Assembly (NCBI GenBank): GCA_029717555.1
Contig: JAMDHS010000025.1
Location: 124,001 to 188,000 of the forward strand
Origin: Peribolospora baueri
Taxonomy: Eukaryota
DNA length: 64,000 nt
Reading direction: 5' to 3'
Shown here: piece by piece, positions 11,680-23,968 of the stretch
Layout: each line of letters starts with the position of its first letter
Position numbering within the stretch: the first letter of the stretch is position 1
Made by a program: the position numbers and the translations under genes
The notes under the pieces: generated by a model
Database searches by the model: none
The model's input: the letters and a program-made list of their open reading frames with translations, nothing else
Told to the model about the DNA's origin: nothing

Positions 11680-14600
11680 CTTCGCAGCCTCGCCTTCGCA
11701 GCCCTCTCGCCATAGCCAGCCCTCGTCGGCCCCACACTCCGGCTTCCCTGCTCGCCTCTCTTCCCCCCTCCTTTTCCCCCCTCTACCTCGCCCAACCTGT
11801 CCTTCTTCGCCCTTCACCAGGCCGCTCACGAACGCGGTCGCCAGCTCCCAGATCCTCCCGAGCCAGCGCCGCGGAGTGACCGCTCACGCGCCTCCTTCTC
11901 CGCTTTTCGCTCTGCCGCTGCTCACAGCGCTGGCCCGCCGGATACCTGTGTCGCCCAACCGGCGACGGCTGGCGGAGGGGGACCTCCCAGCGCCGGGGCC
12001 GCGGCCGCGGCCGGTGCCTGGGCCCAACAGCCGGCGCCACCGCCGAGGCGACGCAACCCGCTCTTCGCCGACGGTCTCTCTGCCCAAGACTTGGGAGCCG
12101 ACGTCGTCCAGACGCTCTTCGCCGACGAGCCCTCCTCTTTTTCTCTCGACTTCGCCCGCAATCCCTCCGCCCGTCGTCCCTCTAAGCCCCCGCCTCGAGC
12201 ACCGGCCTTCCTGCCCGCTTATCAGCACCCAAGATCCTACTCGCCTTCTCCTCAGCCCTCCATCGCGCCCACCGAAGCGTCGACGATCAAACCCCGTAAA
12301 AGCTACGGTGGCGCGGGAGGCTCTGCCGCCGGCGACGATGCCTCGACCATCGGCGCTGGCGTGATCCAGGAGCGAGAACGAGAGCCCCAGTCGGACTGGG
12401 ACCAGGATCGGGATCGGTCGCCCTGGCAAAGTCGCGAACCCTCCCCTTGGCGGCAGAAAAATCGCGAACCCTCGCCTTGGCGACAGCGAGGCGTCTCCGG
12501 CGCTCTTGGCTTGTTCTTCAATCGGAAAGCGCTTCGGAGCGATAATAGCTTGGCTACCACGGCGTCGCAGCGGACGGGATGGGAGGCTGGCAAGGAGGAC
12601 GCAACGGACGACGGCGACGAGGAGGATGATGAGGACGACGACGACGACGGAGGCAGCCCCGCTTTCTTCGGCAATCTCCGCCCCTCTTCTCGGCTTGGAA
12701 AGCAGTCGCAATACCCCAAACGCCATAGGGACAGCTCCGATTCGAGGTCGACCAGGGCAGCCGACGAGCCTAGCCCTTTCCCCTTCCCTCCTCCCTCCTC
12801 CTCCTCCTCCAAGGCCGTTTGGGCCCACGCTTCCCTGCCCACGACGCCCGATGACACCGACGACGACTTGTCCAGCCTCTCTTCCCGTCACCACGCCGGC
12901 AAGGCCGCCGCTGACCCTCCGTCGTCCACCTTCCTCCGCTTGGCCAACAAGCGCCTCTCCCACAAGAAAGGTCGAGCCGCCGCTGTTCATCTCCCGTCCT
13001 CCTCTTCTACGCCTTCGCTTGTCACTCCCACTCGCCAACCGTACGAGCCCTCGTCCGAGTTCGAGTACGCCAGCATGGACGACCGCCTCGAGGTCCTCGG
13101 CGCCGACGTCGCCTCCCCTTCTTCCGCCGCCTTCGATAAGCGCCTCCCGCCCGTTCTCGCCTCCGCATCCACCGCCGGCTTGCGCGGACGACGCTCGACC
13201 GGTGGTCGTCGCCCCTCCACGGCCGAAGGCACCATCCATCCTCCTCCTCCTCCTCCTCACACCCGTCTCTCGCCGCCCTCCTCAGCAGCACTCGCGTTGC
13301 CACCGGACTCGGCCGCCTCACGGTCGTCCACCACCACCGACGGCTCGAGCCGAGGACTCGGACGGGCGTCGTTCGACCACGCCGCTGGCGCCTTGCTCTC
13401 CAAGTTTGGTTGGCAAAACTCTGTCCCTGCCTCCTCGCGCTCCGGATTCGGCTCCACCACAGCAGTTCTCAAGGGCCTCCTTCCTGGCGGTGGCGGCGGC
13501 GGCGGTGGTGCCGCGACACAGCCCGCGCCGTCCATCTCACCACCCACGAGTCGCGTCTCGACCGACGCGAGCGGCCCACCGCGCACCTCAACCTCTTCCT
13601 CCAAGTCTCCTTCCACCCCCGGATCCTTCCGCCCCGATTCTTTCAGAGGTGGTTGGCACCACGACCACCTCGGCAGCAAGGCCTCCGCCTCCGCCTCCGT
13701 CCCCGCTGCGACGTACTCTAGTCGATCCCTCGGTGCGACGTCGTCTGGGGCTAGCATCAACAGCGATGGCCCGGGAATGGAAATGGCAATGGGACCGAAC
13801 AGGTGGGCTAAACTTCAGGTGTCCTCCACCTCGCTTTCTTCCTCCTCCGCTGGCGGTGGCGTGGGAGCAGCAGGCACCGGGAAGGCGTCGACGGAGGACG
13901 AGGGAGTGTGGGGGAGGATGACGATGGAGAGTTATAGGGGGAGTCAGGACGGCGTGTCGCAGCAGCACCACCAAGGGGAACGAAAGAAGAGTGGAGTGGC
14001 GGCAGGTCTTCGCATCGGCCGCAGGAAGACGTTTTCGAAGCGCAAGGAAAAGGATAAGGAGAGCGAGGAGTTTAGTGTCGATGAGGGTCAGCACCGCGGT
14101 CGCGCTTGGTCGTCTCGCCCGTCGACGCCTTCGGCTGGTCGGTCTGCGGTCGCGCGGAGCGATGTTGATGTCGACGTCGATGGCGGCGGCGATGGCGACG
14201 GGGAGCGCCCAGCCAAGAGCAAACGAAAGACCAAATTCCGAGCTCGTGTGCCCCTCGACGGCGGCGGCGGCGGAGGAGGCGCAGGCGGCAAATGGATGGG
14301 CGCACTGACGATGGGCGCCTTTGACGACGGCGAGCTCTTTGTCCAGCGCTTTGGAGGCGGGCCGGGTAACTCTAGTATCGTTGCCCATCGCTCCGCCGCC
14401 ACTGCGCACACGGACGTTGAAGATGCTGTCGTCGTCACTGGCGTCGCTGGCGGGCCTCGAACGGGTGAGGTGTCGCCGGAGATGGTGCGCCGTCCTGCCG
14501 TCTCGTCGGACGTCCAGCGACAGAGCTTGGACGCGGAGATGGTGTTCCCTTCGCGCTCGCCTACGCGTGCTCGCGCCAATGCCGATCGGAGCCCGGAGCG

Positions 14601-17600
14601 GGGGAGGAGGAGCTTTCACTCCTCACGCGCGTCGGGCGCCGATGAACGAGGGCGAACCGGTGGCGGTGGCGGCGGCGGCGGCGCTCGGCCTAGCTTCCTA
14701 CGCAACCGGACGATCGCACGTCATGCGCCTGCGTTGAAGAACGAGAGCAACGACGCGCAGGACGACACTGCGGACGAGTGGGAGGCAAAGATTTTGAGCA
14801 GGGAGACAACGGTCATCAGCCTTTCCAGGCCTACTAGCCTCTCTGTCGCCGACGGCGCTGACGGCGGCGATGGATCTTCGCAGCTCAGCCCGCCCGTATC
14901 TCCCGCCATCGTCGGCAACCACGCTTCCGTCGCCGTCGCCGTTCACGAGGAGATCTCGACGATGCCCGAGTTGCCCAATGCCTCGCTCGATGCTTCCCGC
15001 GTCGCCCTCGGCTTCCCTAACCGTTCTGATCCAGAATCGATTGCGAGGGCCGCCCGGAGCCGACGGCCGGCCACTGCCGCCGGTTCTTCGACCTCTTCGA
15101 GCAGGACTGGTGGCGGGACGTCCTCGTTCGATGACGGCGCGCCGCTGCCACCGCCGCCACCGTCACCGCCGCCGACGACGACGACGAGGAGGAGGAGCAA
15201 CTCGACGACATCCCTCGACCCGCTTCGACGGCCTCCTCCGGTCCCTCCGGTCCTTCCCGCTCCCCCTCCTGCACAGGAATTCCCGTTCCCGTCAGCCGGC
15301 TCCTCCAAGATTGACGCCGGACGTGGCGCGGCTGGCCTGTTTGACATGGCAGGCGGAGGCGGAGGAGGTGGCGGCAGCGGACGTCCCCGGACGTCGTCGC
15401 TGCTCCATTTCCAGCTTCCGTTCGCCAAGAGCAAATCCGCCGGCACGCCTCCCAGTGGTTTTACGAGCCCCAACGTAGCCTCCCCTGGTCTCGAGTCGCC
15501 TAGCGGCGGCGGCGGCGGCGGCTTCTTCGGGTCGATGACGGCGTCGCCCACGGCCGTGACGCCTCACTCGCCCGCTCACCCCTCGCCCATCGTCACCCAG
15601 GCTGACTTTGCTGCTCCACATGCTCCACATGGACTCGGATCCGGTCCCACGTCCGCCGCGTCGTCTGCGTCCTTGTTGCCGTCCCCCACGTTGGCCTCCA
15701 TCGGCGCTCTCAGTGGCCAATCCTCGCCGGCGGCGCCGAAGCATGTGCAGCCGATGGAGAACGACACGCCGGAGAGCTTCCTACAAAGAGTGACGGCGAC
15801 GGTGGCCCGGAAAGAAATCGCAAACGTGCTCGCCGGCGCAGGCGACCCGACCCACGTCGCCGCCTTGCAGACCTACATGACCCGCTTCCACTTTTTAGGA
15901 GACCCGCTAGACGTAGCCCTCCGCAAGCTTCTGATGGAGCTTTGTTTGCCTACGGAGACGCAGCAGATTGATCGCGTGATGGAGGCGTTTGCGAAGAGGT
16001 ATAATGAGTGTAATCGGGGTTTGTTCGTCTCTGATGGTAAGTCGGTTCGGTTCGGTTTCGGTTCGTCCCCTTGGATGGTGCTCATCTCTCTCTTGCTTTC
16101 TCGTCTCCTCTCGTCGGCAGATCAACCATACCTTTTGGCCTTCTCCCTCATGATGCTCCACACCGACGCCTTCAACAAGAACAACAAGAACAAGATGACC
16201 AAGGCCGACTACGTGCGCAACACCTCTGGTAGCGGCATTCCCGTCGAGATCCTCGACTACCTGTTCGACAACCTCACTTTTACACAGTTCATCTACGTCG
16301 ACGAAGACGTTGACGTTCATGGCAACCGCCGTCTGCCCGAGCATTCCCAGTCTTCGTCCGCCCTCTTGTCTGCCTTGGGCGGCAGTAGCGGCGGCGTCGG
16401 GAAGAATAAGATTGACCCTTATTACCTCATCACCCAGGTGAGCATTCCGGAACTCAGACGTCGTTCCCACAAAGCGTTGGTGGTCGTTGGCACGCGCTCA
16501 CGTACCGCCGCACGCGTGCTCGCTCTCACATTGTTTTGTCTGACCGACAGGGTCGGCTTGGCGAGTTCCGTCCCGACGTAGAGTCGCTCATTCCGCTTGT
16601 GAACCCCTTCTCCTTCACCGGCACCGATTCACGGATGCCGTTCGACGAACTTCACATCGACTTTGCTTTCGCCGACACGATCGAGATCGTCACGTCGCGC
16701 CGTGTCAGCTTGCCTGTGGCTTCCGGCTGGGCCGGACCCGAGTACACGTCGCCTCAGGTGTTGAGCATTATGGAGGAGGCCCGGGCGGACAAAGTGGTGA
16801 GCCTCAAGGTAACCAAGCTTGGCATGCTCAATCGCAAGGACGACCTCACGGAAGGAGGCAAGAAGGCGTCCTCTAGGAAGTGGAAGACCTGGGCCGTCCT
16901 GCTCACCGGCTCCCAGCTGCTCTTCTTCAAGGACACCGCCTGGGCCGCCGCTTTACTGAGCAGGATGGAGGAGCAGACCCGCGACAACCCTTACGGGGCG
17001 CCCAAGGTCATCCTGCCCCGCATGTCCTACTTCCGCCCGGACGCCGTGCAGTCGACGGCGGACACGGTGGCGATGCTCGATACGACCTATTCCAAGTACG
17101 ACCACGTCTTCCGCTTTGTCGCGCCCCATGGACGGCAGTACCTCTTTCAGGCCCAGGACGAGCACGACGCCAACGACTGGATCCAGAAGATCAACTATTG
17201 TGCCAGCTTCAAGTCCGCCAACCTCAAGATGCGCTCCGCTCGTGTCGTATCGGTCCCACAGAGCCCTTCTTTCCCCGCCGGACCGTCACCCTCGCCGTCG
17301 TCCTATGAATCCAGCTCGTATTCTTCGAGGAGTGGTGCTGCCGCCCCCGCCGCCGGCGGTGGCAAGGAGAGTCTGGCGACGTTTGCGCTCGCTCGCGAGG
17401 TGTCCCGCGCTTCCACCGCACTCGAAGGCCCCACCAGGAGCATATCCGCCTCCAAGCAGTCGGCTCGCGTCGAGACGCTCCGGGTGAGCTTACACGTCTC
17501 TGCACCGTCCGCGGGACAAGGCTTCTTACCGGTCCTTTCGTTTCTTCTCCACCTGCAGGACAAGTTGCGCACCTTTGGCGCTCAATTGGCCAAGGTCGAG

Positions 17601-19037
17601 GCCGAGTTGGAGGCCGAGATGCGCATCGCGCGGGGCCTCGCCGTGCTCACCCCCTTCCAGCGTTCCACTCGAGAGCGAATCGAGGCGGCCGTGCCGCCGC
17701 TCGCGAAGAGGATTCGCGCGCTGCGCATCGAGGTCGCCAAGTACGGCTGCTGGCACACCGTCCTCTCCGACGAGCTGGCCCAGTGCGAACGTTTGTTCAC
17801 CGGCCAGGCCGAGGTGGATATCCCGTCGGTCTCTATCCGGCGACGGACTTCGAGCCAGCGCTCGCGCCCGTCGCCGAAACGCAAGGCACCGGATGACGAT
17901 GAGGACGTGCCCACCTCGCCTCGGAGCGTCGACGCCGACGTCACCAGCAACGGTTTCTCCTCCGACCTGGCCGACGCCGAGGAGGCGCTGGAGCGTGACG
18001 GCGCGGAGAGACGGGAAAAACGTCGGTCGCGCTCGATATCGAGACGGCCGGTGTCTTTCATACGACGCTCCAGCCAGCACCAGCGCCAGCATGAAGAGGA
18101 GACCGACCACGAGGAAGTCTTCCCCGAACGACCCATCTCTCCCTACCCGGTGCCCACGCTCACCATCCCGCTCGGCCTGAGTGGCCTCGAGGAACGATCC
18201 GAGGGCAACATTCCGACCGTTGCCTCTTTTCGCTCGAGCCAGGAGGACGAGCAGGAAGGAGATGGAAAGGTGGACAAGGCCGGCAAAGATCATCCATCCG
18301 CTCCATCGTCGGCTTCCCTGGCCGGAGGAGGAGGGGCCAAAGCGGGCTTGTCTCCATCGTCGTCCTCGAACGACGCCCTCCACCACCTCCACCCTTCGTC
18401 TCGCCGCATCTCCGTCTCGAGCGTCGGCAGTGACGGTCCGCCGCCCAAGGTGCCACCGAAGAACGAGACGGAGGAGACGGAGGAGCAGCCGGAGGCGTGG
18501 AACGAGACCAAGGCGGCTCAGCCTTACCGCATCTCTCTCGCCTCCCTTCCCCCGCTGGACATTGACGTCAAACGGTTCTCGCTCGGTCTGCGCAAGTCGA
18601 CGGCTCGGCGCAGCTTGGCCGAGTCCGTGAGCACTAGCAATTCGATCCCCGAGGAGACGGTCGCGCCGGCGATGGTCACGCCCCCGCCGCCTACGATCCC
18701 CGAGGCTGACAACAGCGGCGATCGCTCGGTAGGACGTCAACGCGGCGCGAGCGAAGAGATCGTCCGACTTTCGTCCATGGTCACCGAATCCTCTGGCGTG
18801 AGCGCCGCCGCGGAAAAGGACGCTCAGACCGGCGGCGGGTCTCCTCCGCACGCGCGCAAGAGCGAAGAAGGCACCCGTTCGTCCGGCTCCGCTTCCACGG
18901 GAAGCCGCTCGAGCAGAGCCAGCGTGAGCATCCGAAGGCTCGCGTCGGTCACCATCGGTCGAGGGAGGAGCCTCAGCGACGCGAGCTGGAACGCTAGACA
19001 GAGCTTTGACTACGGAGGCGGCTGGGCTGGGCTATGA
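11235..19037 (+). CDS. SYT1: Sec7-domain Arf-GEF with PH domain (Syt1-like); 5' end uncertain (frame open from 11716, proposed first exon 11235-11312); introns 16037-16120, 16438-16550, 17484-17558
   Basis: Sec7 motifs PLDVALRKLLMELCLPTETQQIDRVMEAFAKRY (glutamate finger intact) and YLLAFSLMMLHTDAFNKNNKNKMTKADYV. PH domain KLGMLNRKDD..RKWKTWAVLLTGSQLLFFKD..YLFQAQDEHDANDWIQKINY. Long low-complexity N- and C-termini. Confidence 0.85.
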
Positions 19038-19772
19038 ACCCCCCGCTTCCCCCACGGCTTTTTTCGTCGCCATTTTTTTTTTCACTTCACGTCCTTTCCG
19101 TGTCGTTCATTTATTTCTTTCTCTACTTTGTTCCCCTCCACGCTCGGCGCCTTACACCACGACCCGGCGATCCACACTCGTTTTCTTCGTCTCTCTCTCT
19201 CTCTCTCTCCTTCGCGCGCGCGCGCGCCCCGCCGCTATTTGTGTATTCTGCCATCTTGAATTGCTCTGCCCGTCTCTCGTCTTTACTCTCAAGTCTTCGC
19301 TTTCTCCTCTATCGTAGCCCTCCCTCCTTCTCGGATCACTTTCTTCCTTCCGCTTCCCGCCTTTCCTCGCGTTCACGCGTTCTCGCGTCTCTTCGGCCTG
19401 AGCCTCCTGGCGGACGTGCCCCTCTTTCTCTCTTTCCCTGTCCACCTCTTTCTCGTTCCGTAGCCCGTTTCCAGCATACCATATTGTGAAAGGCAATCTT
19501 GTCGAAGCTGAGCGAACTTTTGCCGACCTCAAGCATATTGTGTGCGAGTCGTCGTCGACAGTCGACCGGGGTCGTCGTCGGCGTTCGGCGCATGTGGGCC
19601 AGGTCGGCCGATCAAAGGCGAACGAACCGTTTATCCGGTCCGGTCCATCTTGGCTGGCTTCGTGGGCCCACCACCACCAGCACCCTCTCCCACCTAGCAC
19701 CTCTTCGTCCCTCTCCTCAACCCTTCCTTCTCCTTTCTTCTACTTTATCTCCGATTGTGACTCCCGTAGGAT

Positions 19773-21943
19773 ATGACGGCCACAACCGTCCGCGGTCTCG
19801 CGGCAGCCTTGAACGGGTCCGGACGGTACAAGTACAAGCCGCCGGAGATGGCCGTCGATCATCTTGTAATCGGAGGCGGTGAGTGTGCGGAGCGCCTACC
19901 TGCTGCTGCTGCACCTCAACCCCACCCAAACATCCGCCATCCTGCTGAGCTTTTCAAGCAGTTGGGCAGATTTTGCTGGCGTTTTGTCGTCGCCTGCGGC
20001 TTTTTGCCGTTTGACGAACGAGCACTCCCGCGCCGTCGTGCTTCGTGCTGCCTTGTCTGAGCGAGGTGGATAGATCCCGGCGGACTTTTGTGGGGAAGAA
20101 GCTCGGACGACGGCCCAAGAGGCAGGCGGGCTCAACAAGATTCGGTCAACGCTTGCACGTACAGGCGACCGTTGGCTCATCTCCCATCTCTTTTCCTTCA
20201 TTCCTCCCCTTTCTTCTTTCTCTCCCCAAAACCGTCGATCAACGCGACAAGGCGTCGTCGGCTTGGCCATCGCCCAGAGGCTGGCCGAGCGCTATCCCCG
20301 CAAGTCGACTTACCTCGTGGAACGACATACCCGGGCGGGAGAAGAGACGAGGTGAGCTGTGTCCTGCTCCCCGCTCGCCGCCGCCTGGCGAACTTCGGGA
20401 GGGATGGATGTGTCGTACAACCGCGGCGTGGCGGTCTGGGCTGAGACCTGCGAACCTCGTTCTCCGTGCACAGCTCAAGGAACAGCGAGGTCATTCATGC
20501 AGGTCAGCATACAGGCGCATCTCAGCCCCAGTCGAGGCGCAGCTCAGCACTCACTCCCTCGGCCCATATATCGCAGGTCTCTATTATGCTCCCGATTCGT
20601 TCAAGACCAAGCTCTGTATTCGAGGCCGCGATCTTCTCTACCGACGGTGTGCAACGCGCTCGATCCCTCACAAGACCATCGGCAAGCTTGTCGTCGGCCT
20701 CGCTCATCAGAAGGATTACCTGACCAACCTTCACCACCACGCTCAGAATCTGCCCTCGTCTTATTCCCCAAAGTACCGTAAGGAAGGAAAGCCGCCGATT
20801 CCCAGCCGGCTGCTTACTGGGGACGAGGCGAGGGAGATGGAGCCAGATCTGAGCGCGGACATTGCTCACGCACTGTGGAGCCCCGAGACGGGGATCATCT
20901 CCTCTCATGGCTTGATGGAGAGTCTGGAGAAGGACATTCAGGATAGCGAGGCGGCCGAGCTGGTTTACAGCACGCGCGTCGTCCGCGTCGATCCTTTGGT
21001 TCGCCCCCCGCCGATGGGCAACGGGGACAAGAAGCGGGGCGGAGATGGCAGTCTGAGAGGGTGGGTGGTGCAGACGGTGACGGAGAGTCCCGATGGTGGG
21101 AATACAGATGGAGACGCTCTGCTGGCCAGGGTGGTGATCAATGCCTCCGGCTTGTCGGCGCACCTGCTCCTCAACTCTCTTCAGCCCTCCTCCCCATCCG
21201 TCTTCCCCTCGGCAGCGTCTCCGATGCCACTCTTCTACTCCCGCGGCTCGTACGCCTCTTACCGTGGACCGGGCGTCTCCAATGTTTCTCACCTCATCTA
21301 CCCCGTCCCAGACTCTGGTGGAAACAAGAAGCATGCTCACCAGAGTTTGGGCACCCACCTCACGCTCGACATGGAAGGCAATGTTCGCTTTGGTCCCGAT
21401 GTCGAGTGGATCTCCCCCCCTTCTTCCTCCGCCACGACCGCAGACGGCCACTCGACCGACCTGTCCGACATTGACTTTTGGTCTCGCCACCTCGTAGCGA
21501 CCGAAGAGCGACTGCAGAGCATGCACCGAGCCGTCACCTCCTACCTCTCTGGGATCACCTTGGAGGGCCTCGCGCCCGACTACGTGGGCATTCGTCCCAA
21601 GCTCTCTCCTCCCGGATCGGCATTCGACGACTTTCGTTTCTTCACACACGACGTGGACGATTTCGTGGCGCCCACTCCCGCCGACGTCGTGGGGGTGGAG
21701 GTGGATACGGACTCGCTGATGGGCTTGAGCGCCGATGACGGCTCGGGGAAGCCGAGCGGAGCGGGCAAGATGTTCACCCTGTTGGGCATCGAGAGCCCCG
21801 GCTTGACGTCGAGCTTGGCCATTGCGGAGGTGGTGGAGCGAATGGTGACGGAAAGGGTGTGGGGGGGCGGCGGGAAGGGGAAGAAGGCTTTGGTGGACGA
21901 AGTGGGGCCTATAGATGAGAAGGGTCTGGACGGATGGGCTTGA
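19773..21943 (+). CDS. L2HGDH: L-2-hydroxyglutarate dehydrogenase-like FAD oxidoreductase (introns 19879-20251, ~20352-20473, ~20503-20576)
   Basis: Splicing gives DHLVIGGGVVGLA (FAD GxGxxG) and ETSSRNSEVIHAGLYY; also LGTHLTLDMEGNVRFGPDVEW, PDYVGIRPKL, LLGIESPGLTSSLAIAE. Confidence 0.92.
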
Positions 21944-22162
21944 CTTGGAGCGCCAAACCCGAAACCCGTTTCGGGCGGTGCGTCTGGAACGGCGGAAAGA
22001 GTTCTTTGGACCATCTGCTTGCCTCGCCAATCTCGTGACGATCGCACGACCGAGCGTTTCTCATGCCACGCACGACATCTCCATTAACCTACTTTACATA
22101 CACAACTGAGAAACGATACGACACGAACGTCCACCGACGGATCATCGAGCTCGCTCCAAATT

Positions 22163-23968
22163 TCACGCCCGCTTGTTCCTCATGTTCATCCTCTGCTTGA
22201 TCGCCTTGTATCTGTCATGCTCGCTCGACCTAGAGCCGCTCGCGCCAGGGTGGGATCGTCCGGCGGGGGTGCCCATCGTCCTAGGTGCGACGGTGTACCC
22301 GCTTCCGATGGACTGAGGGATTCGAGCGTGCCGCTGGCCGATGAGATCCTGTGCGTTCGTCGTCGCCTTCTCGCCGGAATGGAGGTGGGCGGTCTTCTTC
22401 TTGGCGGCAGAGGGGTCGTACTCCTTGTATTCCAGCGGGCGGTCCCGGTACGACGCGGAAAAGTTAAGGATCGGTCGAGTCCATTTATCTAACGTGTGCC
22501 GCGGAAAGACAGTCGGATGGGAGATGGGGGAAAGGATGAATACAGTGGAAGCACAAAACAAATCACTCTACCCAAGGGCCTCGAAGCGCTCTCCCGATGC
22601 CATCTTTCCTCGGCAAAGTCTCCCTATGCATACTCACCGACTAACGCCTCTGCGCTCTTCTGCACTCCTGGATCAACACCCTTGCGTAAGGTGTAAAACT
22701 TGACGATCCGGCCTAGACCGCTGGAAGAGAGAGTGTACTTATCGATCTCCATTTTGTCGAGCAGAGCGAAAAACTGGCGCTGAATGTTCAACGCCGGGAG
22801 GGACTTGTCTGGCAGAGGCTCAAGCCATCTCCTGACACCCTCGAGGAGGTTATTGTCCACAATGGATTGTTGCAGGTTCGCTCTGATCAGGAGAGATGGG
22901 GCCGTTACAACGAGATCTCAGCAAATGAGAAACTGGAAGACAGACAACGACAAGAACAAGTTCCAAAAACTCACTTCTGCATCGTGGAAATGACTGTGGT
23001 CAGCAACTTGAGCTTACTTGTCGCGGGTCTCCTGTTCCGGTTGGCATCCTCGTCCTCGTCGGCGGCGCGGATCATGGCCTCGCGCAGTGCGATAACCTCT
23101 TCGTCACCGAAGGTGTCCAGGATCTGCATAAGTCACGCAAGAGATAGCACCACTCAATGTCAGCGCGAACCATAAATGCGGCAATGTCCAGGGACTACAA
23201 GCGTGCAGAGCGCAAAACGCACATCTTCGCCCTTCCTAGCTCTCCGCTTCTTCTTTCCGCTCTTCTGACTATTTCTTATGATCTGATCCAAATGGGCTCG
23301 TCGGTACTCCACACTGTCGGGATCAAGAGTACTGAGGTCGGGGCCGGGCACCTCGTCCGGATCAAGCTGCACATTTCCGACGTATTCCTCCTCATCCAGA
23401 GCGGGTGATGCTGTTCGAGGCCGTGACCTCTTCCTGAGGGCGGCGTGGCGAACGAAGGGGAAGTAGGGAGACAACGACGCTTCAGTTGATCAATAAATTC
23501 GCTCTGGAAAAGAATCGGCAACACTGGCGTAAAGACTATCACTTACTTATTAGGCTTCACCCGTGCCTCCTCCGTCTCCAATGGCGCCTCCTCGTCCCCC
23601 ACCTCCTTCCGGCTCTTCCTCTTAATCTTCGGAAGTCTCCAGGTGTCGCTCTCTCCCGCGCCGCCGGCTGACCCGTCTTCCTCGTAATCGTCGTCCTCAT
23701 CAGCCACGCCTGTCACTGTCTCATCAACGTCAACTTTTGCATCAACTACTTGGACTTGCCCACCATCCACTGCTCCAATAGCCGCTTCGCTCCCTTCGTC
23801 ACCAACTCCCTCATCCGCCACTAGAGAATTGCCAGTGGCCCCGGGGACGTCGTCGTCGTGTTGAAGTTCGCGCTGCTAGCGGAAGCGGGGCAATGCGGTA
23901 CAACGCATATGTCTGTATTTTGGTCTGTCCTCCCTTCCGTCTTTTGGTACTCACCTCTACTTCAGACA
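22163..23968 (-). CDS. IWS1: transcription elongation factor Iws1/Spn1 (TFIIS N-terminal-like domain), spliced
   Basis: [52 protein letters not shown] motif; acidic N-terminus; probable 15-nt first exon MSEVE (23968-23954). Confidence 0.9.

Noticed and set aside
10931..12364. 477-aa plus-strand ORF in the ORF track
   Set aside because: Translation of CT-rich low-complexity DNA (P/S/L/F runs), out of frame with the real Sec7 gene.
20405..20473. TPP-riboswitch-like words (GGCTGAGA..GAACCT) in L2HGDH intron 2
   Set aside because: The 3' half of the aptamer (GATC..GG.TAAT.CC.GCG) is missing, GCTGAG is explained as a branch-point-like motif, and the gene is unrelated to thiamine.
11884..22030. 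Long antisense ORFs over Sec7 and L2HGDH (and likewise over NHA1, HSP78 and THR4)
   Set aside because: Expected shadows of GC-rich codon usage on the opposite strand; no domain signatures.
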